A stretch of DNA of 64,000 nucleotides. It comes from a virus. Of this stretch, positions 30,876 to 39,842 are shown one piece after another; the first letter of the stretch is position 1, and every line of letters starts with the position of its first letter. The position numbers were made by a program, and so were the translations under genes. Where the stretch lies: positions 20,499 through 84,498 of the IMG/VR virus record IMGVR_UViG_3300013132_005564. One strand, written 5' to 3'. The notes under the pieces are model-generated. The model saw only the letters and a list, made by a program, of their open reading frames with translations, was not told the DNA's origin and ran no database searches.

Positions 30876-32958
30876 GGCGACGGAAACGATCGAGTGCTGC
30901 CCGAAATCCGGCGTGGTGGTGAGGACGGTGCTCCCGTCCACGGCCATTTCCAGGAACAACGTCTCGGCGCTCCCCCTGTCCGTGACCACGAGCAAGCAGA
31001 ACGCCGTCGAATTCAAATGCATACAGATGGCGAAATTCGGGCCAGAGGCGATAAGGGAGGGGTCCGAAGTTCGTTTCAAGGTTGGCCTGGTCGGGAGTCA
31101 AACCGTTGTGGGCCGGGCGACGCAGGCGTTGGCCTCGGCGCTCACGCCGGGAAACATGTCCGTCGTCAGGAATCCCGGTAGGTCCGCCCTATGGTCAGCC
31201 GCCACGCCTGGCGGCGGGTCGGCACTGAGCGGCGTGGCGAATCCGCTGGCCAGGGCAGCCGCGGCGTCGGTGCCCAAGCCGGAGAGGGGTTTCAGGTGCC
31301 CGGAGGGGTTTCAGTTCGGTGGGCAGTTCACCGACAAGTATTTCTCCACGTGCGGGAAGAAGCTCTTCGCCCTCGCCTTGTCCCTACTGACTCGGGGCAG
31401 GAACATCGAGGATCTCGTCGGAACCCGTTTGCCGCGACCGATAAGGGTATCCGGAACATCGGTGGTTCCGAGGGGGGAAATCGGCCAGTTGACTTTCGTC
31501 AGGGACCCGAACATAGAAATACCAAAGGTCGGGAGTCGCAACTTCGGTGCGTACAGGGAGGCGATCAGGAACGTCTCCTCGGAAATGGGCAAGTTTGACG
31601 AAACGGTTTCTCGGTTGGTCAGGAGGGACGGGGTCGTGTTGACCCCGCTCGTTTCCCCGTCCGTGTTGCGAACCGTGCCAGACAATAGGAACATGGAGGG
31701 GGCGGCTTACGTCTCCTACGTGAAGAAGCCGCAGCAGATAGGGGGCAAAGAGCTCGGCATGTTTTCCAACAGCGGAATTGATGCGTTGGTGTACGTGCTC
31801 CCGAACGGCGGAACTCTGACGCTGAGAAAGACGAGGAACCTGAGCAACGGCGAGAGACGCAAACTCGGAAAACTCGTCGCACACGCCGAGGGAATGACCA
31901 ACTCCAACGACCCGGCGGCCCGCATAGAGCACATAGCGTCGGAGATGGACGGACCCGTCTCCTACGAGCAGGCTTTCGGGGACCTCAAATCCCCGAACGA
32001 CATGGTCACCGTGTCCGACCCGAAAACCAAGAAGCAGCGACAGGTCAGACGCTGGTACAGGGACTCATTCATGCTTGACGCACGCTCGAGTCAGGTCGGC
32101 TCCCGCGAGACGCAGATCGAGGACGAGGCCGGGATGATCGACGACCTGCGGTCGGCGATATCTCTCGTCAACGGCGGCGGGCAGATCGGCAACGTCTCCC
32201 CCGAACTCAGAATTCCAGCTCTAGAGATGAGCAGGTTCGCCGAGACCCGGAGGGTCAACAACAGGACGACGACCTACAAGCTCGGCAGGGATTCCATCAG
32301 CGCCATTTCGCCGTCACTGACGCACGAACACCTCGGCGTGATGACCGCAGCGGAGGTCCAGTCCCAGCTCGGCGCCCTAGCTCCGAGCGTTTGGTTTGCG
32401 GGGTCCGGCATCAGGCGACCGTACTTGATCTCGTACCCGACGGACTCGGACTCCATGGGTCGTCTCGCGAGGAACACGGGGCTGGACCTGGCGGATCCCG
32501 AGGACATGACGCGGCTGATGATCGCCGACCTACTGACCGACGTGATTGACCGGAATCCGTCAAACCTCTACACGGTCGGCGAGTACAGCAACAGGCGGAC
32601 CTTCGGCGGTCCTGTCGCTTCGTCCGGCGGGGCGGGCCTGCTGCGCTCTGAGCTGCAGGGGAGGGTGGACCTGTCAAGGATCGCGCTCATGGCCGAGCTA
32701 GAGACTTCAATGTACAGGGAGTTCTTCATGAAGCTGAGGAAGGAGCAGAAGCGTCGCGCGTTGGCGTTGCTCGAGGAGATGCTCCAACGGGCCAGGATGT
32801 TCAGTTTCACGGAGTTCAAGAGAAGAATGTCCATCGACGGGAAGATGAGCGTTGCCGAACGCATCCACATGGACATAGTCGGCGCGATCTTTGATAACAG
32901 GTTGAGCACGCTTGAGGGTTCTTTGAAATTCCTAAGGAACGTGATCAATGGAATCTGA
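30868..32958 (+). CDS. Phage protein with RCP..GGQFTD..C motif and degenerate HipA/PI3K-like kinase C-terminus
   Basis: GFRCPEGFQFGGQFTDKYFSTCG; C-terminal IADLLTDVIDRNPSNLY resembles the D-x-L-x-x-x-x-DRH-x-x-N loop. Confidence 0.65.
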   Translation: MSEATETIECCPKSGVVVRTVLPSTAISRNNVSALPLSVTTSKQNAVEFKCIQMAKFGPEAIREGSEVRFKVGLVGSQTVVGRATQALASALTPGNMSVVRNPGRSALWSAATPGGGSALSGVANPLARAAAASVPKPERGFRCPEGFQFGGQFTDKYFSTCGKKLFALALSLLTRGRNIEDLVGTRLPRPIRVSGTSVVPRGEIGQLTFVRDPNIEIPKVGSRNFGAYREAIRNVSSEMGKFDETVSRLVRRDGVVLTPLVSPSVLRTVPDNRNMEGAAYVSYVKKPQQIGGKELGMFSNSGIDALVYVLPNGGTLTLRKTRNLSNGERRKLGKLVAHAEGMTNSNDPAARIEHIASEMDGPVSYEQAFGDLKSPNDMVTVSDPKTKKQRQVRRWYRDSFMLDARSSQVGSRETQIEDEAGMIDDLRSAISLVNGGGQIGNVSPELRIPALEMSRFAETRRVNNRTTTYKLGRDSISAISPSLTHEHLGVMTAAEVQSQLGALAPSVWFAGSGIRRPYLISYPTDSDSMGRLARNTGLDLADPEDMTRLMIADLLTDVIDRNPSNLYTVGEYSNRRTFGGPVASSGGAGLLRSELQGRVDLSRIALMAELETSMYREFFMKLRKEQKRRALALLEEMLQRARMFSFTEFKRRMSIDGKMSVAERIHMDIVGAIFDNRLSTLEGSLKFLRNVINGI

Positions 32959-35900
32959 CTCAACCTTCTCCAAGGTCGTTGACTCGGAAACCGGGACGAC
33001 CTTCGCCGTGCTCGTGGCGTCGTCTGACGGGATTACGGCTCACGGTTCCATGAAACAGGGGGTGGAGTGGGCGACGTGGGTGAACAGGGGCGAGAAGTCA
33101 ATGGCCCGGATCGTTCGCTCGCTGGACCCCTCGCTGGAGATCACCAAGTTCGTCCCACTCAACGAGGAGAACATTCTCCTGAAGTCGTCGTCCTTCGGCA
33201 CCACGACCGCAAAGGAGCTGAGGGTGCATCTCGAGAGAAAATCGCTGGGCGAGGACCTGACGAAGGCCGCGGATCCCACCAACCCGCCCCAAAAAACGAA
33301 CCCCGAGGGGGTGGATGAGCACCAGCCGGAACCGGAGTACGAGTCGCTCAGTTCCTGGATGATGTCGGACGTGGCGGTCAGCGAGTTTGACGTGCAGATA
33401 AAGCAGACGGCCGTGCACTTCAAGGCAATGCAGTTCATGCGAAACAGGAGGTTCTCGTCTTTCCTGTTGTCGGTTAAACAGACGAACGCGTCGCTCGTGA
33501 ACGGTAGTTGGGCGACGCGCCCGTCCCTCGCCCCCGCCATGGGCGACGTGCTCAATTCGTACGACCGAAAGACGAAGTTGCACGCCTCGGAGTCGCTCGG
33601 GTTGTCTGGGTACTTCAACAAGGCCTTGCCGATCGGCATGCGACAGCTGCCGCCGCCGCACCTCGTCAGAAACGCAGACAACGACGCCTACATCTACGAG
33701 GGAATCCCGTGGATCAACAGGGGCCGCGGGATACTCGATCCCACACCTGGCAACGCCGCCAGCGCCATCAGGAGTGGGGTCAGGGCCTTCGGCGGGAGAA
33801 TGACCGACATAGTCGACAGGACGAACAGGATTTCAAGACTGACCCGGAACGACGCCGAGAGGATGCGTCGTCTCGATCTGGTGCCGGCATCCAACGACAT
33901 CGCCTCGTTGCTGCCGCAGGGCGAGGAAACTAGAGCCGCCATGGGCAGGATGCGCAGGAGACTGGCCAGTCTCGCTGACTCCGTCGCGCCGTCCGAAAGG
34001 ACGAGGGGGGACGGCGAAGAGGTCCTGACGAGAAGGCAGGCGAGGCGCAACGAAGAGGCCCTCGCGAGGGCCGGAATCAACCCCAGCGCAACAAGCTCAC
34101 CCGACGAAGAGACCGCATCCGCCGGCATGAGGAAGGTGACCGGCGACGATCCGCAGGTGCCCGAAGTCGTCAATCTTTCCGAGAGAAGAAACGCGCAACC
34201 CGACACGGAACTGACCGGGCTCGAAGAGACGGAATCCGGCAGGGTCGAGAGAGGCGCAAAACCCAGGTCCGACGGCAACGGGATGCTGAAGAACCTCCTG
34301 TCGAGACTCTCGAGGGGGTCAAAGCGAATCAATTCAGCAGATTCGCCCAACCCGCCAGAACTGGATGAGAGCGACGATTTGCCCGACTACGACGGTCCGC
34401 AGGTCGTGAAAGTATCCGATGATCCATGGCAAATGGATCCGGCGACGAGGGACATGCTTTTGGCGGCACTGAAGGACGCCGTTCCGGCGGGGACGTACGC
34501 CACCTTCAGCTCGAGATTCGGGGAGGACGACCTGGACTGGCCCAATTTTTCGCCATCCGAGCAGTCGTCGCTGTTGCGCGAGCTGGGGTACCGCCGCGAC
34601 GAATTGCTCGACATCGTAACGGAGCTGATGACTCCCGAGTTTTCGGCAGACAAGGACTACAGAAGCGACGGGGTCGTCACCCCGGAATCGGTCATTGAGG
34701 CGATCCGGAATGACTTCGTGTCGTTGAGGTCGGGCGGAGTGAACCTGTACGCCGACGTGATGGCGCTCGTGGCGATCAACGACATCCTCTCCTCGAAGGA
34801 CCACGAAACAGAGGCAAGGGCGTCCGCATGGAGGATGATTGACAACAGGAACAGGAGCGTCGTGTCCAGGAGGGCGGACATTCAGCGCAGGGACGTGAGG
34901 GAGGCGAGCTCCAGCAGAATTTCTGGGCCGGTCGGAGAAAGGACCGTGATCTCACAAACGGGGGGTCGGGGGTCCGACTCTTCGGTCCGCCGGGTCGCCC
35001 TCAGCAAGCTGAACCCGAGGGTTCTGGTCCTTGCCACGGTTCCCGTCGCCCCCGGCAGGTTGCTGAGCGACTACTCGGACGAAGAAAGGGCCGCGCTGCT
35101 CTCCAGCGCGACGCAGATGAGGGCTTCGATAGCCGAGCACCTCGCGAGGAAGATGGGTCTGCCGAGCGACACAGAACTATCCGAGGACGTCATAGCGAAC
35201 TGGATGGCCAACAACTCGGACACGGACGGGTCAAAAATAGGCGTGTTCGCCCACAACCTCATCGTCCTCGACGATCTCGCAATCGCAGTCAATTCTGGCA
35301 AGCCGGGGAACGACGAATGGAACGCCCTGACCATGCCCGCGAGAGACAAGATAATCAGCAACGCAAACGTCGGATCGCGACCCGAGGTCGCAAAGACCAA
35401 CCAAAGCCAGCGACGCCGCGGGCGGCCGACGAAATCGCCGGCTCCGCCACTTCCGCCGACCCCGCCAAACCAGACACCGCCGCAAACACCGGCAGGTCGC
35501 ACGCGCCCGCAGATCGGAATGACTCCGCCGAAGAACCGGATCGCCGACTGGCAAGACCCAACGCAGCCGGTCCCGGAAACGGTGGACGCCTCAACGCAGA
35601 TGGTCACGATCGCCGGCGAGGACGGAGCGGAGAAGCAGGTCTTGCTCAGCTCCCTCGGCAGGCCGAACCAGTATGACTTCTCCAACACCGTTTCGGTCAA
35701 GGGGATTTCGTACGTAATGGAGAACCAGACCGGCCTGTACAGGGACCCGGTGACCGGGTTGTTCCTCGACGACTACAGCGGCATCCCGATAACCCTCGGC
35801 AAAACGGTCCCCCGGCCCAGGGAACTGGAACAGGTGAACCAGAAGAGGGGCGCACCGACGGTCAGCTACCCATCCATCCAATTGTCCGAAAAAAACAGCC

Positions 35901-38431
35901 AAAGCAGGGCGGGCCTAAATGGCGAAATGACCATGTTGGAGGCGTTCGCGCAGGTTTTTGGTTTGGACAAGGGGGACGCCGAGTCGCTGAAGCGCACCAA
36001 GCTATTCCTCGCCCCAGGCGTGTCGCCAGGGACGTCCATGGAAACGTTCCGTCAGGCGGCGCTCCTGTTCCTGATGACGAAACTCACCGGCGACGACATA
36101 CCGAAAGGCGAGAGGCCCAACATCATGTTCCTCGACGTCGTAGACATCCCGGAAGGCTCGGACCTCATCGAGTCCTACCTGAGGCACGTAGGACGGGAGG
36201 AAGTCGCCGCGGCGTACGTCGCCGGGGGCAGGGATCCAAATTTCCTTGAAATAGACAGCACAAATGGGGACAATGCAAGGCAGGCGGCGAACCTAACGGC
36301 TCAACAGATCGCCCCGCCGCACTTGGCGGCTGCGACGAAAAAGCGCGACCGGTGGTCCAGGCACAGAACCCTCAACCACATCTTCGGCAGGGGCGAGAAC
36401 GATGATGACGCGCTGGTACCGGGCCTCTCCGAGACCGACAAGCCTCGGGTCGGAAAATTCATCTACGTGTTCCAGAACCCCAGTCGTTTCTCCACCGACG
36501 GCTACTCATACGCCAGGAACAACGATCAAAGCTCGACCGTCAACAGGATCGCAACAAAGGTGAACAAGGCAATACTGACCGACGATCCAAACGACTGGTT
36601 CGAGGCATTCGATGAGGTGGTCAGCGCCTACACGGCGACCCTCAGAAAGAGAGACGCCGCGCTGAGTGCGTGGAGGGGGGCCGCCGGGAGCGACACGAGG
36701 AGCAACAGGCCACGCAGAGAATTCGTGCTCATGGGCGAGATGGCGGAATCGCTCGAGACCATCCTCGCCGAGGTCTTCAGTCCGAACATGCACAAGGTGG
36801 AGAATGCTCTCCGCCTGAAGAAGTCGACAAGCGCCAAATACCAAAACTACATGGGCAACCTCAGGCGCACGAGCAGGACGGACAATCTGCGAAACGTGAC
36901 AATGCTCGATGACAGCGAGCTCGCGCCGCCAACCAACGCCGACGGGTCGCCCGCGGCCAGCAGGGGCCCGGGTGACATCATCGGAATGGTTGAAGCGCAC
37001 CAGGCACTCGGTTTCGTCCCGCACGTGCCGATGGACGTCACGCCGACCAGCGACTACGCGCTGGTGGAGCTGAGCGACCGATCAATAGAGACATTGGCGG
37101 TCGCCCACGTCGCAATGGATACGTTGCTCGACCCCGAAACGGGCCAGCCGGTTTTCGAAGTCTACACCGACGTAGGTGGTCGCGTAAGCCGCGAGGATAG
37201 CGGTAGGAGGCGTTTCGCCCTGCACAACGCCCTGTACCATCTCGCCGGCTGGAAGGGTCGTCCGTTGTTGGTCACGGAGGACGAGTTTCAGAAGATTGTC
37301 GGATCCAGTCAGGTGCCGAACCAGACGGAAAACGTGGATCGCCAGAGGCACGTCCCGGTCGGCTACCTCATAAGGAGGGGCATCTCGCAAGCGAAGTCCG
37401 GGAAGAGCACCCACCAGATGGCGCGCGAGCTCATATCTGGCACGCTCTACATTCCCCTTGAGGGTGGTGACGCGGGCGGGAAGGGCCTCAATTTTGCCAG
37501 ACCCAACCAGGGGATGACCAGTTTCGGGGGCACCGACCCGATGGGGGACATAATCCTTGCGGCCATACCCTCCACCGCCAGGGTCGCGTCAAGAACGCAA
37601 ATGGGGAGACTCCAAGATCAGTTGATGGACATGTACATGCATTTCTTCGACAACATCTCGCACTACTCGGGCATCGAAAAGACCATGCCGATAGACCTCG
37701 ACGCGGACAACGACCCCGACTGGAGCCACGACAACCGGGTCAACCCGTACTGGAGAAGCAACAGGGAAAACGCCGCCGCCGCCTACTACGTTCCGTGGGG
37801 AGGTATCGCGTCGCCGGGCAGATCGGGTGTAGCCCCCGTGAACAATGTAGGAGCAGTCGACGCATCGGATCCCGAGGCGCTCAGGGATCTCGCAAGAATG
37901 GTCATGGCCGCCGCCGCGCAGGGAACCTACGGAGAAGCCGAACGGGTGGAGGGGGATCCGCTGGGTGGGGGCGAGTGGTGGAACATGACAAGGGCCCAGG
38001 TGTTCGGATGGATGGTCCAAATGGAGATCCTCAAGTCAATGGAGATCGCGGCACTCAAGGCGGCCGGAAAGGTCCCGTGGAACGAGAAGATAGCCAACCT
38101 CGTGAGAGCCCAGGAAATCCTGTCGTTCCGGGGGGACGAGCTCATCCAAGGCATAATTTTCGGAATCGACGCCTACGGAGCAGACATAGACACGCCGACG
38201 ACCAACAACGCAGTTCTCCTGCGGGGCGGCAACCTCGGCAACCACTTGATGATCCTGAACCGAACCGCGATCGTCTTCATGGAACAACCCGTCACGCAAA
38301 CGGGCGAACAGGAAGTGGTAGACGGCATCCGAAATCCTCTCGCGCGCGATCCAAAAGACCCGAGCAGGGTCTGGAACCCCTGGACAAATCAGTTCATAAA
38401 AGACCCCGATTACAATGGGGGTGATAAATGA
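32948..38431 (+). CDS. Giant protein with shared leader and C-terminal ADP-ribosyltransferase-like toxin domain
   Basis: Leader at 33620-33751; linkers at 33935 and 34121. C-terminal LIRRG...GGKGLNFA...GIDAY...ILNRTAIV pattern resembles ART-like C-terminal domains of phage minor head (MuF-type) proteins. Confidence 0.75.
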   Translation: MESDSTFSKVVDSETGTTFAVLVASSDGITAHGSMKQGVEWATWVNRGEKSMARIVRSLDPSLEITKFVPLNEENILLKSSSFGTTTAKELRVHLERKSLGEDLTKAADPTNPPQKTNPEGVDEHQPEPEYESLSSWMMSDVAVSEFDVQIKQTAVHFKAMQFMRNRRFSSFLLSVKQTNASLVNGSWATRPSLAPAMGDVLNSYDRKTKLHASESLGLSGYFNKALPIGMRQLPPPHLVRNADNDAYIYEGIPWINRGRGILDPTPGNAASAIRSGVRAFGGRMTDIVDRTNRISRLTRNDAERMRRLDLVPASNDIASLLPQGEETRAAMGRMRRRLASLADSVAPSERTRGDGEEVLTRRQARRNEEALARAGINPSATSSPDEETASAGMRKVTGDDPQVPEVVNLSERRNAQPDTELTGLEETESGRVERGAKPRSDGNGMLKNLLSRLSRGSKRINSADSPNPPELDESDDLPDYDGPQVVKVSDDPWQMDPATRDMLLAALKDAVPAGTYATFSSRFGEDDLDWPNFSPSEQSSLLRELGYRRDELLDIVTELMTPEFSADKDYRSDGVVTPESVIEAIRNDFVSLRSGGVNLYADVMALVAINDILSSKDHETEARASAWRMIDNRNRSVVSRRADIQRRDVREASSSRISGPVGERTVISQTGGRGSDSSVRRVALSKLNPRVLVLATVPVAPGRLLSDYSDEERAALLSSATQMRASIAEHLARKMGLPSDTELSEDVIANWMANNSDTDGSKIGVFAHNLIVLDDLAIAVNSGKPGNDEWNALTMPARDKIISNANVGSRPEVAKTNQSQRRRGRPTKSPAPPLPPTPPNQTPPQTPAGRTRPQIGMTPPKNRIADWQDPTQPVPETVDASTQMVTIAGEDGAEKQVLLSSLGRPNQYDFSNTVSVKGISYVMENQTGLYRDPVTGLFLDDYSGIPITLGKTVPRPRELEQVNQKRGAPTVSYPSIQLSEKNSQSRAGLNGEMTMLEAFAQVFGLDKGDAESLKRTKLFLAPGVSPGTSMETFRQAALLFLMTKLTGDDIPKGERPNIMFLDVVDIPEGSDLIESYLRHVGREEVAAAYVAGGRDPNFLEIDSTNGDNARQAANLTAQQIAPPHLAAATKKRDRWSRHRTLNHIFGRGENDDDALVPGLSETDKPRVGKFIYVFQNPSRFSTDGYSYARNNDQSSTVNRIATKVNKAILTDDPNDWFEAFDEVVSAYTATLRKRDAALSAWRGAAGSDTRSNRPRREFVLMGEMAESLETILAEVFSPNMHKVENALRLKKSTSAKYQNYMGNLRRTSRTDNLRNVTMLDDSELAPPTNADGSPAASRGPGDIIGMVEAHQALGFVPHVPMDVTPTSDYALVELSDRSIETLAVAHVAMDTLLDPETGQPVFEVYTDVGGRVSREDSGRRRFALHNALYHLAGWKGRPLLVTEDEFQKIVGSSQVPNQTENVDRQRHVPVGYLIRRGISQAKSGKSTHQMARELISGTLYIPLEGGDAGGKGLNFARPNQGMTSFGGTDPMGDIILAAIPSTARVASRTQMGRLQDQLMDMYMHFFDNISHYSGIEKTMPIDLDADNDPDWSHDNRVNPYWRSNRENAAAAYYVPWGGIASPGRSGVAPVNNVGAVDASDPEALRDLARMVMAAAAQGTYGEAERVEGDPLGGGEWWNMTRAQVFGWMVQMEILKSMEIAALKAAGKVPWNEKIANLVRAQEILSFRGDELIQGIIFGIDAYGADIDTPTTNNAVLLRGGNLGNHLMILNRTAIVFMEQPVTQTGEQEVVDGIRNPLARDPKDPSRVWNPWTNQFIKDPDYNGGDK

Positions 38432-38847
38432 TGTCGGACTCGGTCAATCAACTCACCCCGCTTGAGGTATCCGAGTACGTGGACGAGTACTCGGCGGTTG
38501 CCGAGATAGCAAAGTACCCGCCGTTCAGTCTGCCTCGGTCACCGAGGGAGTCCGAATTCCTGCTCGACTTATCCCGCGAGTTCGACGCGTTCGTCAACGG
38601 CGACAAACCGTACGACTCCTACCAGTCCGTCCTTGACGAGTACGAGCCGGAGTTGGTGAGGGCGAGGGCGTGGAAGTCTTTGGGTTACGATCCGGTGCGC
38701 GCAACACGGGAGGCGATCAAGAAGGAGCTGGAGGAAACCGGGCTGGACCCGAAACACATGCCATACCGGACAGACAACGTGTTCGACTCCCAAGCAAAGG
38801 TTTTCGTAATTTTCGCAGAAAAAATCGTTCCCTGGGAGTTCCTGTGA
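38428..38847 (+). CDS. Small acidic protein coupled to the ART-like giant gene (immunity-like position)
   Basis: ATGA overlap; 139 aa ORF. Confidence 0.7.
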   Translation: MMSDSVNQLTPLEVSEYVDEYSAVAEIAKYPPFSLPRSPRESEFLLDLSREFDAFVNGDKPYDSYQSVLDEYEPELVRARAWKSLGYDPVRATREAIKKELEETGLDPKHMPYRTDNVFDSQAKVFVIFAEKIVPWEFL

Positions 38848-39767
38848 AGGAGGAGGCCGGCAAGCAGGACGCGCTCAAGATAGCCAGGTACATGGGTTGC
38901 CGTGGCGCGCATCAGAACGACAAGGGCGAGTGGTTGCCGTGCGCTGACCCGGAGACGCTTGCGCGCCTTTCTTCGGCGGCGGAGGAGGACGAATGGCTGA
39001 ATCGTTACGAGAAGGACGTGTACACGGGCAACTCGTCCGCTGGCGGGCCGGCGACGAACGTCGACATGAACGGCAGGAAGAAGAGGGGGGTCAGACCGTT
39101 TGACGTAGAGCCACCGGCGTTCGGCGAGAACAAGTCGGCGAACAACTACACCAAGCCAAAACTGAGAGAGGGCATAAAGAAGCGGATCATGGCCGGCTCG
39201 CAAGGCGGCAAGCCCGGGCAGTGGTCGGCGAGGAAAGCGCAGCTCGTGGCGCAGGAGTACAAGAAACGCGGCGGCGGCTACAGGGGGAAGAAGAGCAAGA
39301 AGCAACGCTCGCTCTCCAAGTGGACCAAGGAAAAGTGGACGACATCGGACGGTAAGCCGGCGATCCGCCAGGGTGGCACGAGGCGCTACCTTCCCGCCAA
39401 GGCCTGGTCCAAGCTGACCCCGTCCCAACGAGCAGCCACGAACAAAAAGAAGCGCGAGGGAAGCAAGAGGGGCAGGCAGTTCGTCGACAACACGCAGGCG
39501 GCGGCGAGGGCGAGAAAGACCTCCACAAAAGGACACACGCCGGTCATCGTTTACAAGTCGCTCGTCATGCAACGATTCGTCGAATCGGAGGGCAGGGGCC
39601 CAGGTCCGAGGAGGAAGAAGAGGGGCAAGCGTTGGGAAAAGCTCGCCGAACGAGGCCCGAGACAGATCGTTTCCACTCCCAATCTCGGTTTGACCTCAAA
39701 GAACCTAAACGATGTTTCTCTTGAAATAAAACAACTGTTGACGGTTTCCAGGTTTTTGAAGCAGTAA
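38844..39767 (+). CDS. Basic phage protein with GC.G.H...W.PC motif and DUF5872-like domain
   Basis: GTGA overlap at 38844; NYTKPKLREGIKKRIMAGSQGGKPGQWSARKAQLVAQEYKKRGGGY...LSKWTKEKW. Confidence 0.7.
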   Translation: MKEEAGKQDALKIARYMGCRGAHQNDKGEWLPCADPETLARLSSAAEEDEWLNRYEKDVYTGNSSAGGPATNVDMNGRKKRGVRPFDVEPPAFGENKSANNYTKPKLREGIKKRIMAGSQGGKPGQWSARKAQLVAQEYKKRGGGYRGKKSKKQRSLSKWTKEKWTTSDGKPAIRQGGTRRYLPAKAWSKLTPSQRAATNKKKREGSKRGRQFVDNTQAAARARKTSTKGHTPVIVYKSLVMQRFVESEGRGPGPRRKKRGKRWEKLAERGPRQIVSTPNLGLTSKNLNDVSLEIKQLLTVSRFLKQ

Positions 39768-39842
39768 CATCAGCCCATCCGGGTTTGAAGTATTCTTGTC
39801 GGTACTATAAGCGCGTTTCGGCGACGACCAGAACGGAAGACG

